Shown in pieces: positions 1-8,691 of a stretch of 64,000 nt of DNA. A model generated the notes under the pieces. That model ran no database searches, was not told the DNA's origin, and worked only from the letters and a program-made list of their open reading frames with translations. A program made the position numbers and the translations under genes. Position 1 is the stretch's first letter; the number at the start of each line of letters is the position of its first letter. Source of the stretch: a virus; IMG/VR virus record IMGVR_UViG_3300002461_000812, positions 1 to 64,000 of that record. The stretch is one strand, 5' to 3'.

Positions 1-176
1 CCCCCGCGACACTCCGCCGTGATGCGGTCGCGGATGAGCTTCTCGAACTCCTCGTCCCTCTCCTGCGGGGTCTTGGCGGCCCGCGCGGCGTGAGACGACA
101 CCCCCAGGCCGAGCATCATCGCGATGCGTGTCAGCCAGTTCAGCTTCGGCAGCTCCTCTTCGATCTTCACTTCCAC
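1..176 (-). CDS. hypothetical protein (3' end lies outside the window)
   Basis: Absent from the ORF track because it is open at the window edge. GTG at 176-174 sits 8 nt downstream of GGAAGGAGA. The minus frame stays open to position 1 (VEVKIEEELPKLNWLTRIAMMLGLGV...). Confidence 0.5.
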   Translation of the reverse strand, partial: MEVKIEEELPKLNWLTRIAMMLGLGVSSHAARAAKTPQERDEEFEKLIRDRITAECRG

Positions 177-177
177 G

Positions 178-357
178 TCAGCGTCTCCTTCCGCAGCAAC
201 CGCTGCCTGCCAGGTGCTTCCTGGTGTCGTACTTCTCGACGCTCACCACCGTGCCGCCCTGGCGCTTCGCGCGTGAAGCGGCGGACTTCTGGGCCTCGTC
301 GAGTGAGGTCGCCGGGACGATGATCCCGGACGTGTTCCCGAGCGGGAACTTGATCAT
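178..357 (-). CDS. hypothetical small protein (59 aa)
   Basis: Internal ATG at 357-355 of ORF 178..840 (MIKFPLGNTSGIIVPATSLDEAQK...). The upstream part of that ORF is Arg/Pro-rich noise. No clear SD. Confidence 0.35.
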   Translation of the reverse strand: MIKFPLGNTSGIIVPATSLDEAQKSAASRAKRQGGTVVSVEKYDTRKHLAGSGCCGRRR

Positions 358-386
358 GGCGTAGAACCACGGCTTGCGTTGCGTGG

Positions 387-779
387 TCACGACTCCTCGG
401 GGTTCACCTTGGTCGTGTCGGCCTTCGCAGCACGGACGCCAGCTTCGATTCGACGGAGTCGCAGAGAGCGATCGAGTTCCTTCGATCGCTCGAACCCCAC
501 CGGGACCAGCCGGAGGAGCTTCACGCTCTCGGGGACGAGGATGTACTTCATCTCGTCGCTGGCCATCGCGGCCACCTCCAGGAAGCCCTGCATGAAGGCG
601 GCGCGCGAAGCAGGTGGCATCCCCTCGGGGACCTTCACGATGACGACATCGTCGATGCGACCGAGCACGTACTGAGCGTGCTCGTCTCCGATGGCGTGCT
701 CGCTCTTGGTCTTCTCGTCGAAGTAGGCGTCGAGCTTGTACCAGCGCGGCGGGTCGGCTCGCCTGTCCTTGCGGTTCAT
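387..779 (-). CDS. hypothetical protein (130 aa)
   Basis: Protein-like tail of ORF 387..1631, starting at ATG 779-777 (MNRKDRRADPPRWYKLDAYFDEK...). ATGA overlap with the upstream gene. Confidence 0.7.
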   Translation of the reverse strand: MNRKDRRADPPRWYKLDAYFDEKTKSEHAIGDEHAQYVLGRIDDVVIVKVPEGMPPASRAAFMQGFLEVAAMASDEMKYILVPESVKLLRLVPVGFERSKELDRSLRLRRIEAGVRAAKADTTKVNPEES

Positions 780-1693
780 GCTTCGGCCCCGCCGGAGTTG
801 ATGGGAGGGGTCGGTTCCGGCTTCCACGCGATCGACCCACCGTACTTGCGGCGGTTCCTGAGCACCGACTGCACGACGCTGGCGATGGCCTCGGTCACTC
901 CGCCCTCGCCGCTCTGCGAGAAGAGCGCGTCGTCGCCGCAGTCCCAGGAGTTCTCTCCCTTCCCCGGGAAGGGGATCTGCTCGTGGTCCTCCATCTTGAG
1001 GTCGTAGCCGAGCGACTCGTGGAAGAGCACTCGGGGCCCACGCCGGAACGGCCACCGAGGCCGCGCCCAGGTGCGACGTTCGAGGGTCACGGTCCCGCGG
1101 TAGTTGCGCTCCGGCATCGGGACGAGCACCGCCTGCGCCGCTTCGACGATCTCCTTCTTGAAGCTCGACCGACCGAAGATCGCGTCGATGAAGTTGAAGT
1201 TGCCCTTGCGCCAGCGCGGGTCGCCGCTTCGGCTCATCATCGAAGGCATCCAGAGCGACCACCAGAGCGCCCAGTCGTGGACCGAGACACGGATCTCGCG
1301 GTCGCAGAGGTAGACTCCGTCCGGCAGATTCTTGACCGTCTCGTAGTCCACGCCCAGCGCCTTGAAGATCCCGTTCGGGAGACCCTCGACGTTCAGGTAG
1401 AACGCGACCGGCGGAAGAGAAAAGCTCGCCGAGACCTCCCTGTCGGAGTCGTCCACCGACAGATTCGCGTGACACGAGTTGGAGCGGAAGCTCCACTCGA
1501 TGCAGATCACCGGGCGCCGCCGCTTGCCACCCGTCAGGTGCAGCCACGCGCGCCCGTGCATGAGCTTCGAGCCCGACGCCGTGTCGCCGTCGCCGGGGCG
1601 CGTGTCGAGGTTCTGGGAATGCCAGAAGCACGGGATGATCGCATCGTCGTCGGCCTTGCCGAAGAGCGGGCGGCCCAGGAATCGCTCCATCAT
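776..1693 (-). CDS. hypothetical protein (305 aa)
   Basis: ORF track 776..1693 with balanced composition (MMERFLGRPLFGKADDD...GKGENSWDCGDD...). ATGA overlaps with both neighbours. Confidence 0.8.
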   Translation of the reverse strand: MMERFLGRPLFGKADDDAIIPCFWHSQNLDTRPGDGDTASGSKLMHGRAWLHLTGGKRRRPVICIEWSFRSNSCHANLSVDDSDREVSASFSLPPVAFYLNVEGLPNGIFKALGVDYETVKNLPDGVYLCDREIRVSVHDWALWWSLWMPSMMSRSGDPRWRKGNFNFIDAIFGRSSFKKEIVEAAQAVLVPMPERNYRGTVTLERRTWARPRWPFRRGPRVLFHESLGYDLKMEDHEQIPFPGKGENSWDCGDDALFSQSGEGGVTEAIASVVQSVLRNRRKYGGSIAWKPEPTPPINSGGAEA

Positions 1694-1929
1694 GAGAACA
1701 TCCTCACGATCGCGCCGACGACGAGGGTCGCGCCGATGCCGGCGAAGAAGGCGACACCGGTCTTGATCCGGTACTCCAGCCGCATGATGCGGCCGGTTTC
1801 GGCCAGGTAGGCCATGACCACGCGCGCACGTTCCTCGCCGAACACCTCCTTGAGGTGCTCGATGACCAGGTTGCCCCTCGATCCCATCATTGCCTCGCGG
1901 AACTTCACGAGGTTCATCTTCTTCTGCAT
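1690..1929 (-). CDS. small membrane protein (79 aa)
   Basis: AGGAGG SD upstream of ATG 1929. C-terminal hydrophobic segment GVAFFAGIGATLVVGAIV. Confidence 0.75.
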   Translation of the reverse strand: MQKKMNLVKFREAMMGSRGNLVIEHLKEVFGEERARVVMAYLAETGRIMRLEYRIKTGVAFFAGIGATLVVGAIVRMFS

Positions 1930-1942
1930 CTCTTTCCTCCTG

Positions 1943-2263
1943 CTACTTGGCGACGATCTTGGGAACGACGCCCAAGACCGAAACGGTCTGCACGATACGC
2001 TCTCCGGTGACGGGCAGTTCCCTGTAGAAATGCCAGGTCATGTCCATCTCGCCCGCGCGACCGGTGATCTTGCCGGTGGGCATCGGCTCTTCGGGCATCG
2101 GGTGGACCTCGTAGCCCTTGACCAGGAACGAGGTCCGGTCGCCAGCGTCCGTGACGTGGATGAAGAAGCCGTTCCCGTCCCCGTCGTCATCGACGATCGT
2201 GAGCGTGCCGGTGGGCTGCGTGCGACCCTTGCCGCACACCCGGAACATCCGGTGAATCTTCAT
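1943..2263 (-). CDS. hypothetical protein (106 aa)
   Basis: ORF track with protein-like composition. ATGA overlap with the upstream gene at 2260-2263. Confidence 0.75.
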   Translation of the reverse strand: MKIHRMFRVCGKGRTQPTGTLTIVDDDGDGNGFFIHVTDAGDRTSFLVKGYEVHPMPEEPMPTGKITGRAGEMDMTWHFYRELPVTGERIVQTVSVLGVVPKIVAK

Positions 2264-2475
2264 CGGCGCCTCAGCGCATCGACGATGTCTTCCATGGCGT
2301 TGGCCTGGCGCTCCTCGGCGGCAGCGATGCGCCGGAGGAGGACCAGTTCTTCACGCGGGGTCGAGTCCTGGGCGTGGGCGCTTACGACGATGTCGATGAG
2401 GCTCAGCGCGAACAAGGCCCAAAGCACCCATGGCAAGACGCGCAACAGCTCACTTTTCGGCGGGCAGAGCATCAT
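2260..2475 (-). CDS. small membrane protein (71 aa), apparently leaderless
   Basis: Hydrophobic segment LRVLPWVLWALFALSLIDIVV. ATG 2475 lies 6 nt downstream of the -10 element of promoter 2482-2509. Confidence 0.7.
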   Translation of the reverse strand: MMLCPPKSELLRVLPWVLWALFALSLIDIVVSAHAQDSTPREELVLLRRIAAAEERQANAMEDIVDALRRR

Positions 2476-2481
2476 GGCCTG

Positions 2482-2509
2482 ACGTTACACCATCGAAATC
2501 GTTTGTCAA
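2482..2509 (-). promoter_or_regulatory. sigma70-like promoter TTGACA-N16-TAACGT driving a leaderless gene
   Basis: Read on the minus strand. The -10 element ends 6 nt before ATG 2475. Confidence 0.55.
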
Positions 2510-2537
2510 AGCCCATTTAGGCGCGAAAGTGGATTCT

Positions 2538-2915
2538 CTACCGCAGCGAATGACCATGGTAGTAGACCTCGGTGAGGTTGGGCTCCAGTCGGCCTCCGCG
2601 GATGTCGAGGATGACCAGCCGGAACTCCCACTCCGTCGCGTCCAGTTCGGACCAGAGACGGGCGTAGGCCCGCAGCTTCACTCGATCTACGCGATGCGTG
2701 TCCTCGACCTCGTAGGCCACGACGAGACCGGGAGAGACCTCGAACGCGTCGGGCACGAGACGCACCCAGGCCAGATCCACCTGGCCCTCCAGCGCCTCCG
2801 CCACCATCCGCTTGAAGCCCCTGGTGAGGGCGCCGCGCTCGACGAGGCTACCGACGACGAGCTGGTGCGCCGAGGTCGAGGGCGAGCTGGGGTTGCTCGA
2901 TCGGGAAGTGCTCAT
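2538..2915 (-). CDS. hypothetical protein, start uncertain
   Basis: ORF 2538..2924. Candidate starts are GTG 2924, ATG 2915 and ATG 2807. The first two overlap the DUF2493 gene by about 70 nt. The C-terminal 89 aa look clearly protein-like. Confidence 0.5.
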   Translation of the reverse strand: MSTSRSSNPSSPSTSAHQLVVGSLVERGALTRGFKRMVAEALEGQVDLAWVRLVPDAFEVSPGLVVAYEVEDTHRVDRVKLRAYARLWSELDATEWEFRLVILDIRGGRLEPNLTEVYYHGHSLR

Positions 2916-3297
2916 GCGGAACACCGTCGAGACGATAGACGAAGCCGGGCTTCTTGGCTCGCCTGGTCTTCGTGATCATGTCGTGCGTCCCGGGGCTCTC
3001 CCCGTCCCAGAGGGCGACCAGGGCATTGCCGATCTTCGCCAGCTCACCGTTCCTGATCGGGCCGGCTGCTCCGCGCGGAAGACCGCGAGCCAAGGTTCCT
3101 TCCCAGTCGGCGGGGTAGCCCTGCTCGGGGAGCTTGTTCCTCCTCGCCCACTCCCGGGCGAGGCGGTCCACGGAGGTCATCTCCGCGCCGTGGATGATCT
3201 TGGTGGGCTTGAACCCGGAGAGACGGATGGCCTCGTCGAGCTTCGGCATGTACTCGTCGCGGTGGTAGCCGCGCGAACCGGCGATGATGAGGATCAT
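2848..3297 (-). CDS. DUF2493 / SLOG-family (YspA-like) nucleotide-binding domain protein
   Basis: MILIIAGSRGY...KIIHGAEMTSVDRLAREWA...AGPIRNGELA...LVALWDGESPGTHDMI matches my recollection of the DUF2493 pattern. Start re-picked at ATG 3297, which forms an ATGA overlap. Confidence 0.7.
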   Translation of the reverse strand: MILIIAGSRGYHRDEYMPKLDEAIRLSGFKPTKIIHGAEMTSVDRLAREWARRNKLPEQGYPADWEGTLARGLPRGAAGPIRNGELAKIGNALVALWDGESPGTHDMITKTRRAKKPGFVYRLDGVPHEHFPIEQPQLALDLGAPARRR

Positions 3298-3521
3298 CCG
3301 GGCTCCTTCGGGGTCTGCGTGGCCTCCCATCCCTTGCGGCACGTGACCGAGCGGCAGCCCTTGGTGTTGCCCCTCTTGAGGGCGTGGTTGAGCGCGATGG
3401 CCTCGCTCCCGCAGATGCAGCGGACGACGGAACGAGACCGACCGATGTTGTCTCGTGCGGCAGCTCTGACGACCTGCCACCGACCCCATCGACTGTTGCG
3501 ATCGATCTCTTCGTCGCTCAT
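3294..3521 (-). CDS. small Cys-containing protein (75 aa)
   Basis: ORF track. Contains CICGSE...GCRSVTC. ATGA overlaps on both sides. Confidence 0.65.
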   Translation of the reverse strand: MSDEEIDRNSRWGRWQVVRAAARDNIGRSRSVVRCICGSEAIALNHALKRGNTKGCRSVTCRKGWEATQTPKEPG

Positions 3522-4042
3522 CCGACGCTCCTTCCCTTGCCGTGTAGATGCGGGCGCGCCGCATTCGCGATCGTCTTCAACTCGATGATCGACAGGAGGT
3601 CGATGCCCATTCGGTCGGCGAGCCGGAACGTCTCCAGGAGCGCCAGCTCACAGCAGATCATCGCGTCCTTCCGGCCGATCTCCGGGTCGTTCTTCCTCCA
3701 GCACTCGATGGCCTCGGAGACCTTCCGGAGGATCGGCCAGACGGCCACCTCGATGGGCTGCCACACCCCGACGCGCTCGGGTGGGCGTCGTCCCTCGATG
3801 CGCCCCGGGGACCAGCTCGTGCCAGAGATGCCGTAGAGGCAGGCCAGGAGCCGGATGGCCACGTCGGCCAGTTCCAGTTCCACCGGGTCCTTGCCGATGC
3901 CCTTGGCCGCCTGGACGGCTTCGTCCAACTCCGTGACGACGAAGGCGAGCTTCTGGACGAAGTTCTCGTCCCAGTTGGCCTTGTCGAACCCCTTTTCGGA
4001 GGCGATTCGGCTCACGCGCTCGGCCACCTCGAAGAGGTTCAT
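3518..4042 (-). CDS. MazG-like nucleotide pyrophosphohydrolase
   Basis: Starts at internal ATG 4042 (MNLFEVAERV...). Carries the paired acidic helices VVTELDEAV and ELELADVAIRLL typical of all-alpha MazG NTP-PPases. Confidence 0.65.
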   Translation of the reverse strand: MNLFEVAERVSRIASEKGFDKANWDENFVQKLAFVVTELDEAVQAAKGIGKDPVELELADVAIRLLACLYGISGTSWSPGRIEGRRPPERVGVWQPIEVAVWPILRKVSEAIECWRKNDPEIGRKDAMICCELALLETFRLADRMGIDLLSIIELKTIANAARPHLHGKGRSVG

Positions 4043-4581
4043 CCCTTGGCCTCGCCGATGCCCAGGTCGATGCGCTTGGACTGGAGCGCCGCCTCGAACG
4101 CCATGCGCCCATCCTCCAGACCGCGCAGCCACTCGGGGCTCATGTCGCCCGGGTCCTCTCGACCGCTTGCGCCGGCCACCCATCCCTCGCGGTACTCCAC
4201 GAAGAGCTGCTCGGGAGGCATCTGGAAGACGACGCGAGCGTCGCCGGTCATCTCTTCGCCGACCGTGCGCACTTTCGGGTCGGCCCAGAGCGCCTCCTGG
4301 AACTCGCGCGAGGCGGAGACGAGCGACTGGTAGTCGCACTTGGTGAGCGAGGCGATCTGTTGGAGGTGGTCGGTCCCCATCGGGATCATCCCGCGCTCGA
4401 CGTGACCGAGCTGGACGTGTGTGATCCCCAGGATGTTGGAGACCTCGGCCAGGCCCAGCTTCGCGCCCACGCGCGCGCGCCTGATCAGCGTGCCGAGCCG
4501 AAGCCTCGGTTCGATCTGTTCGATGGGCGCTTCTGGCTCCGCCGAGAACGCCCTACCGATTGTCTTGATCTCATCCGCCAT
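4039..4581 (-). CDS. XRE-family helix-turn-helix DNA-binding protein
   Basis: LGTLIRRARVGAKLGLAEVSNILGITHVQLGHVERG fits the HTH_3 pattern, followed by a C-terminal domain of about 110 aa. Confidence 0.7.
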   Translation of the reverse strand: MADEIKTIGRAFSAEPEAPIEQIEPRLRLGTLIRRARVGAKLGLAEVSNILGITHVQLGHVERGMIPMGTDHLQQIASLTKCDYQSLVSASREFQEALWADPKVRTVGEEMTGDARVVFQMPPEQLFVEYREGWVAGASGREDPGDMSPEWLRGLEDGRMAFEAALQSKRIDLGIGEAKG

Positions 4582-5299
4582 CGCCCACTGCCTCCTGCTT
4601 CTGTTTCGCCTTTGCCGCTTGCTCCTCGTCGAGGAGCCGACAGAGCTTTTTGAGCGCCTCGTGTGCGTAGATCAAGCGTGCCGAGGGTACCTTGCCCCAC
4701 TCCATGACACCAGCCTCGTACGCCTTGGAGGTGAGGGCGCAGTCTGCGACGACCTGCTCGATGTTGTCGTCTCCTTCGAGCACCCTGTTGATCAGGTCGA
4801 AGAGCCACTCGTCGATCTGGTCCCGGTAGGGCTCCAGATCGATCTCGGCCATGCCATCGAAAGCGCCCTTTTTGTCGAGGACATTGATCTCGACGTGGTC
4901 GAGCGCATGGTCGAGCCAGACGCCTTCATCCAAGACTTCCAGTACGCCCGCGGAGTTCGGGAGGTTCATCCCGATGCATGCCTTCTGGAGGACGTAGTAC
5001 CCGAGGTCGTTCGTGCCGCCCATCCAGTAGAGCACCTGCTCGGGGCGCTCGTGCCTGCCGTAGTGGGCGAAGTGGACGCTGGAGATGTCGCCGTGGACGT
5101 ACAGTTCTCCACCAGCCAGAACGATTGCCTCGAACCAGAGGTGAGAGTTCCAGCCCCCCTTCTCGTCGGTGTACGGCTGAAAGCAGAGCCAGCTCCGCGA
5201 GTCGCGCGACCGGATGATGTGCTTCTCGAACCCCTTACGGGCCTGCTCCTGGTACTTCGCCAGGTAGTCCTTCGAGGTTTGCCGCTTCGTCTGGCTCAC
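4571..5299 (-). CDS. hypothetical protein (242 aa)
   Basis: Protein-like part of ORF 4571..5545. GTG 5299 lies 2 nt after the thyX stop (VSQTKRQTSKDYLAKYQEQ...). Confidence 0.65.
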   Translation of the reverse strand: MSQTKRQTSKDYLAKYQEQARKGFEKHIIRSRDSRSWLCFQPYTDEKGGWNSHLWFEAIVLAGGELYVHGDISSVHFAHYGRHERPEQVLYWMGGTNDLGYYVLQKACIGMNLPNSAGVLEVLDEGVWLDHALDHVEINVLDKKGAFDGMAEIDLEPYRDQIDEWLFDLINRVLEGDDNIEQVVADCALTSKAYEAGVMEWGKVPSARLIYAHEALKKLCRLLDEEQAAKAKQKQEAVGDGG

Positions 5300-5301
5300 G
5301 G

Positions 5302-6204
5302 TCAGCCCTGCTCGAAGAGGTTCGGCCAGCGCTTGCGGGCGATGTCGCGCCACTTGAGAGCGAACCGCTGGAACTCCTTGTCGGCCGCCTCCGAGCACCG
5401 CTCCTTGAAGAGTTTGCTCAGGGCGAGCGGGTTCGTCGTCCACTGCATCGAGGTGCATGCCTGCATCGGGAGCAGGCCCGCCGCGCACTCGTAGATGCGC
5501 TTGCGGTCGATGGCCTTCGGCTTCTCGCCGTGGCGACGCTCCCACGCACTCTCCTCTTCTTCGATGAATGTGAGGTAGTTGCCGTACGCCTGCTTCATCG
5601 CGACCCCGAAGCTGGTGAACGCTTCGCCGGCCGACGTGGACTCTCTTGTGCGCTCGATGATGTACGGCGGCACCGCGAAATGCCCCGGGTGGAACGTGTA
5701 GCGCGTGCTCTCCTGGGAGGGGCTACCCTCCTCCGAGCGATCGGCGCCGACGTAGTGCCGGATCAGTTCGTGCGACACGCGTCGCGAGATTCCCGCGATG
5801 AAGAAGGTCATCTTCGCGTGGTACGCGACGCTCGCGTGAGGAAGGATCTTCGGATCATCGGGGAAGAGCATTCGGCCGATGTATTCGGCGTTGTCCTTCC
5901 TCCCCGCTTTGAGGCCGTACGAGTGGTAGCACTCACGTCCCCCCAGTTCGACGAGCAGCTCGTTGTCGGTGAGCTTGCGCTGCTCACCATCGGGCGTGCC
6001 TCCCTTCGGGTGATGCCAGCCGAGGCCACCGTGGGGGAAGAGCGCCATCGCTCGCTCGTGAGCGGCGTCCGGCAAGTTCTCCGGGACGCACTCCGGACGG
6101 TAGTCCTCGACCCAGTCGAGGAGCTGATTCATCCCATCCACGTCGAGCTTCATCTCGCCGAGCACGATCACGGTCGGCTCGGTCACCAGTCGAATGTCGG
6201 TCAT
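5302..6204 (-). CDS. thyX: flavin-dependent thymidylate synthase ThyX
   Basis: FFIAGISRRVSHELIRH...SQESTRY and a C-terminal TNPLALSKLFKERCSEAADKEFQ resemble the ThyX signature. The RHR motif reads RHY here. Start at ATG 6204 with an ATGA overlap. Confidence 0.8.
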   Translation of the reverse strand: MTDIRLVTEPTVIVLGEMKLDVDGMNQLLDWVEDYRPECVPENLPDAAHERAMALFPHGGLGWHHPKGGTPDGEQRKLTDNELLVELGGRECYHSYGLKAGRKDNAEYIGRMLFPDDPKILPHASVAYHAKMTFFIAGISRRVSHELIRHYVGADRSEEGSPSQESTRYTFHPGHFAVPPYIIERTRESTSAGEAFTSFGVAMKQAYGNYLTFIEEEESAWERRHGEKPKAIDRKRIYECAAGLLPMQACTSMQWTTNPLALSKLFKERCSEAADKEFQRFALKWRDIARKRWPNLFEQG

Positions 6205-6404
6205 CGGGTCGGATCCTTCCGTACTTTCTTCCACTTGAGAACGTCTACAGAGATGAATGACTTGCAGGACGGGCACACGACGTAGTTCCCGTCGCGCTGA
6301 TCCGGCTTCACGTCTTTCGGCTCGAACTCCACGGTCGCGCCGCAGGAGTCCTTCCAGATCGCGATCTCTCGCATGGGCGGTGGCGACTTGATCACGCGCG
6401 CCAT
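6201..6404 (-). CDS. small protein with CxxC motif (67 aa)
   Basis: ATG 6404 overlaps the upstream stop (TGATG). Contains VVCPSCKSF. Confidence 0.6.
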   Translation of the reverse strand: MARVIKSPPPMREIAIWKDSCGATVEFEPKDVKPDQRDGNYVVCPSCKSFISVDVLKWKKVRKDPTR

Positions 6405-6790
6405 CACTCGCTCCACTGGAGGGCGATGAGATGGGCGTTCAGTTCGACCAGGGCGCGCTTGCTGTCGTGGTGTCGGATGTGTCCGACGGTCAGGGCGAGG
6501 TGAACCGGAAGCTCCCAGGCCGAGGCCACCTCTTCGGCGGTCATGCTGAACTCGGGTCCGTCGCGGTCGGGGTGATCAGAGTCACGCGCCAGATACCAGC
6601 GGGCCTTGTCGAGGTCTTGCTTCTCGGTCCCCTTGTGCGGGGCGCGCAGGATGTACTTGAGCGCGTTCCCCATGCAGAAGCCCAGCGACCAGTCCTCGAT
6701 GACCTTGATCGTCTCGTACTTCGCGGTGCCGTCGGCTTCCTTCGGGCCGCCCATGTTGTAGTGGGCGGGGTGGTTGACCTGGTCGGCCAT
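6404..6790 (-). CDS. DUF3310 phage protein
   Basis: NHPAHY...IKVIEDW...GNALKYILRAPHKG...DLDKARWYL is the classic DUF3310 pattern. Confidence 0.8.
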   Translation of the reverse strand: MADQVNHPAHYNMGGPKEADGTAKYETIKVIEDWSLGFCMGNALKYILRAPHKGTEKQDLDKARWYLARDSDHPDRDGPEFSMTAEEVASAWELPVHLALTVGHIRHHDSKRALVELNAHLIALQWSE

Positions 6791-6793
6791 CGC

Positions 6794-6973
6794 TCAGTGA
6801 TCCGCTCGGCAGTCCGCACACTGCGCCTGGTTGCGCACCTGGCCGTTGCTCATCGTGCGGAGCCCGAACTTCGAGGCCGCCTTCGTCTTGCCGCACTTGG
6901 TGCAGCGGAACTTCGCGCCCGTGAGCACGACCTTGCCGTGCTCGACCTTGTCTCTCTTCGTCTGCTGACCCAT
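6794..6973 (-). CDS. zinc-ribbon mini-protein (59 aa), below the ORF-track length cutoff
   Basis: My own translation is [74 protein letters not shown] lies upstream of ATG 6973. CxxC occurs twice. Confidence 0.6.
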   Translation of the reverse strand: MGQQTKRDKVEHGKVVLTGAKFRCTKCGKTKAASKFGLRTMSNGQVRNQAQCADCRADH

Positions 6974-7001
6974 CTGCTTCTCCTTCTCCGGCGCGGCCGG
7001 A

Positions 7002-7661
7002 CTACTCGAACGCGATCTGGACCTTGGGCTTCCTGAGCCCGGACCAGATCTCCACCTGCTCGGGACGGATGCCGTCCTGGAGGAGCTGGCCGACCACGGT
7101 CTTCACCTCGCCCTGGGTCGTCCGGATGATGTTCTCCGGGGGAGCGGACGCGCCTCGGTAGTCGGCCCTGGTGCTGTCCGCGAGGACCAGGACCAGCACC
7201 GGATCGGACGGGCTCGTCGCCTTGGCGGCGAAGCCATCGGCCGGCTTGGCCGGGTTTGAGGTCACCTGGCCCACGGACGGCGTCGGGGAGATCGACTCGG
7301 CCATCGCCACCACGTCCGCGCCGTAGGCGCCCTCGACGCTGGGCAGCGCCTTCTTCTCTCGCTGGAGCGCTTCGATGTCGTCCCCTTCGACGACGGCCAC
7401 GATCTGGCGTGTCCCGCCACCGATGGATCTGACCACGGCGTAGAGCATCTCCTCGTTGAACTGCTCCGAGAGGTCGATCAACCAGCCAGCTCCGTGCTGG
7501 TCGCTGAACGACTTGGTGCTGGTGGTTCCCCAGCCACGAGCTACCCCGCGGCTGATTTTCGTCCTTACCTCCCCCGGCTGCACCGACAGACCCGTCCTGC
7601 GCAGGTGCTCCACCAGCCCGAGCACCGCTGGCTCCAGAACGACGACCTCCGGATTCTCCAT
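7002..7661 (-). CDS. hypothetical protein (219 aa)
   Basis: Internal ATG 7661 of ORF 7002..7808, preceded by AGGAGAGG ([20 protein letters not shown]...). Confidence 0.7.
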   Translation of the reverse strand: MENPEVVVLEPAVLGLVEHLRRTGLSVQPGEVRTKISRGVARGWGTTSTKSFSDQHGAGWLIDLSEQFNEEMLYAVVRSIGGGTRQIVAVVEGDDIEALQREKKALPSVEGAYGADVVAMAESISPTPSVGQVTSNPAKPADGFAAKATSPSDPVLVLVLADSTRADYRGASAPPENIIRTTQGEVKTVVGQLLQDGIRPEQVEIWSGLRKPKVQIAFE

Positions 7662-7672
7662 TCGACCTCTCC

Positions 7673-7685
7673 TGTACTCAGTACA
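7673..7685. promoter_or_regulatory. 13-bp perfect palindrome TGTACTCAGTACA (candidate operator)
   Basis: Same 14-mer CTGTACTCAGTACA as at 29335-29348. Confidence 0.5.
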
Positions 7686-7704
7686 CCCCATGTTGCATGG
7701 GGTG
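7684..7704. other. perfect 9-bp inverted repeat CACCCCATG-ttg-CATGGGGTG in the 5' leader
   Basis: Read directly from the sequence. Lies between promoter 7721-7748 and the SD of gene 7002-7661. Confidence 0.6.
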
Positions 7705-7720
7705 CCTGATTCGACCTCGC

Positions 7721-7748
7721 ACCCTACGCCATCACCTGCGTTTGTCAA
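7721..7748 (-). promoter_or_regulatory. sigma70-like promoter TTGACA-N16-TAGGGT
   Basis: Minus strand. Produces a ~55-nt leader containing the hairpin at 7684-7704 and the palindrome at 7673-7685. Confidence 0.45.
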
Positions 7749-7863
7749 CAGAAACGTCGGCCCATCTGGCGTCAGTGGGGTCGGAAGCGAAAGTCTCGAA
7801 CAATCCACGTGATTCGGCTAATCTTGGGGTGACCCGGCGCGGTTCGGGCTGCGGGAACTGCGC

Positions 7864-8691
7864 ATGGACCAAAAAGCCAACAAATCCGACTCGGAAGAGA
7901 TCGAGAAGCTCCGTGCGGACCTGGAGCGGGAGCGCGCCACCAACCGGGCCGTCGAGGCCAGGGTCACCAGGTACGTCCGCGAACTGGAGCGCTCGAACGC
8001 CGAGTTGGAGCAGTTCGCCTACGCCGCCAGCCACGATCTCCAGGAGCCCCTGCGGATGGTGGTCCAGTTCGCCACCCTCCTGGAGCGCGACCTGCGGGCC
8101 CAGTTCCCCGAGGCCGTCACGGGCGATCTGGAGGTCTGCCTCAAGCACATGGGCAACGGCGCCGAGAGGGCCAAGAGGCTCATCGACGGGCTCCTCTCCT
8201 ACTCAAGGGTGGGGCGCCAAGCGGAGTTCGTCAGCGTGTCCCTGGATGGGGCGCTGGATGAAGCCATCGCGCTCCTCAACGGCGCCGTGACCGAGGCGGG
8301 CGCGGTCATCACCAGGGACCCGCTACCGGTCGTCTGGGGCGACATGGGGATGGTGTCCAGGGTCTTCTTGAACCTCATCACGAACGCCATCCGTTTCGCG
8401 AAGGATGGCGAGCCAGCTCGCATCCATGTCACATGCGAGGACCTGGGTGACGAACTGGAAGTGTCGGTGAGCGACTCGGGCATCGGCATCGACCCGCGTC
8501 ACGCCGAGCGCATCTTCACCATCTTCGCTCGTCTCAATCCCGAGAAGAACGGGACGGGCATCGGACTCGCGGTCTGCAAGAAGATCGTCGAAAAGCATGG
8601 GGGTCGGATCTGGGTGGAGTCGGTTCCAGGCCAGGGAGCGACCTTCAAGTTCACGCTCCTCAAGCAGGAGCCCGGCAACCCTGGCGTATGA
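7864..8691 (+). CDS. cytoplasmic sensor histidine kinase (coiled coil + HisKA + HATPase_c, with no TM or sensor domain)
   Basis: H-box FAYAASHDLQEPLR, N-box NLITNAIRFA, G1 DSGIGID, G2 GTGIGLAVCKKIVEKHGG. Only about 55 aa of coiled coil precede the H-box. Confidence 0.9.
   Translation: MDQKANKSDSEEIEKLRADLERERATNRAVEARVTRYVRELERSNAELEQFAYAASHDLQEPLRMVVQFATLLERDLRAQFPEAVTGDLEVCLKHMGNGAERAKRLIDGLLSYSRVGRQAEFVSVSLDGALDEAIALLNGAVTEAGAVITRDPLPVVWGDMGMVSRVFLNLITNAIRFAKDGEPARIHVTCEDLGDELEVSVSDSGIGIDPRHAERIFTIFARLNPEKNGTGIGLAVCKKIVEKHGGRIWVESVPGQGATFKFTLLKQEPGNPGV

Noticed and set aside
7673-7685. LexA/SOS box interpretation of TGTACTCAGTACA.
   Set aside because: The spacing does not match the boxes I know. 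E. coli uses CTGT-N8-ACAG, Gram-positive bacteria use GAAC-N4-GTTC, and the cyanobacterial type is GTAC-N4-GTAC, whereas here the spacing is GTAC-N3-GTAC. It is kept only as a generic operator candidate.
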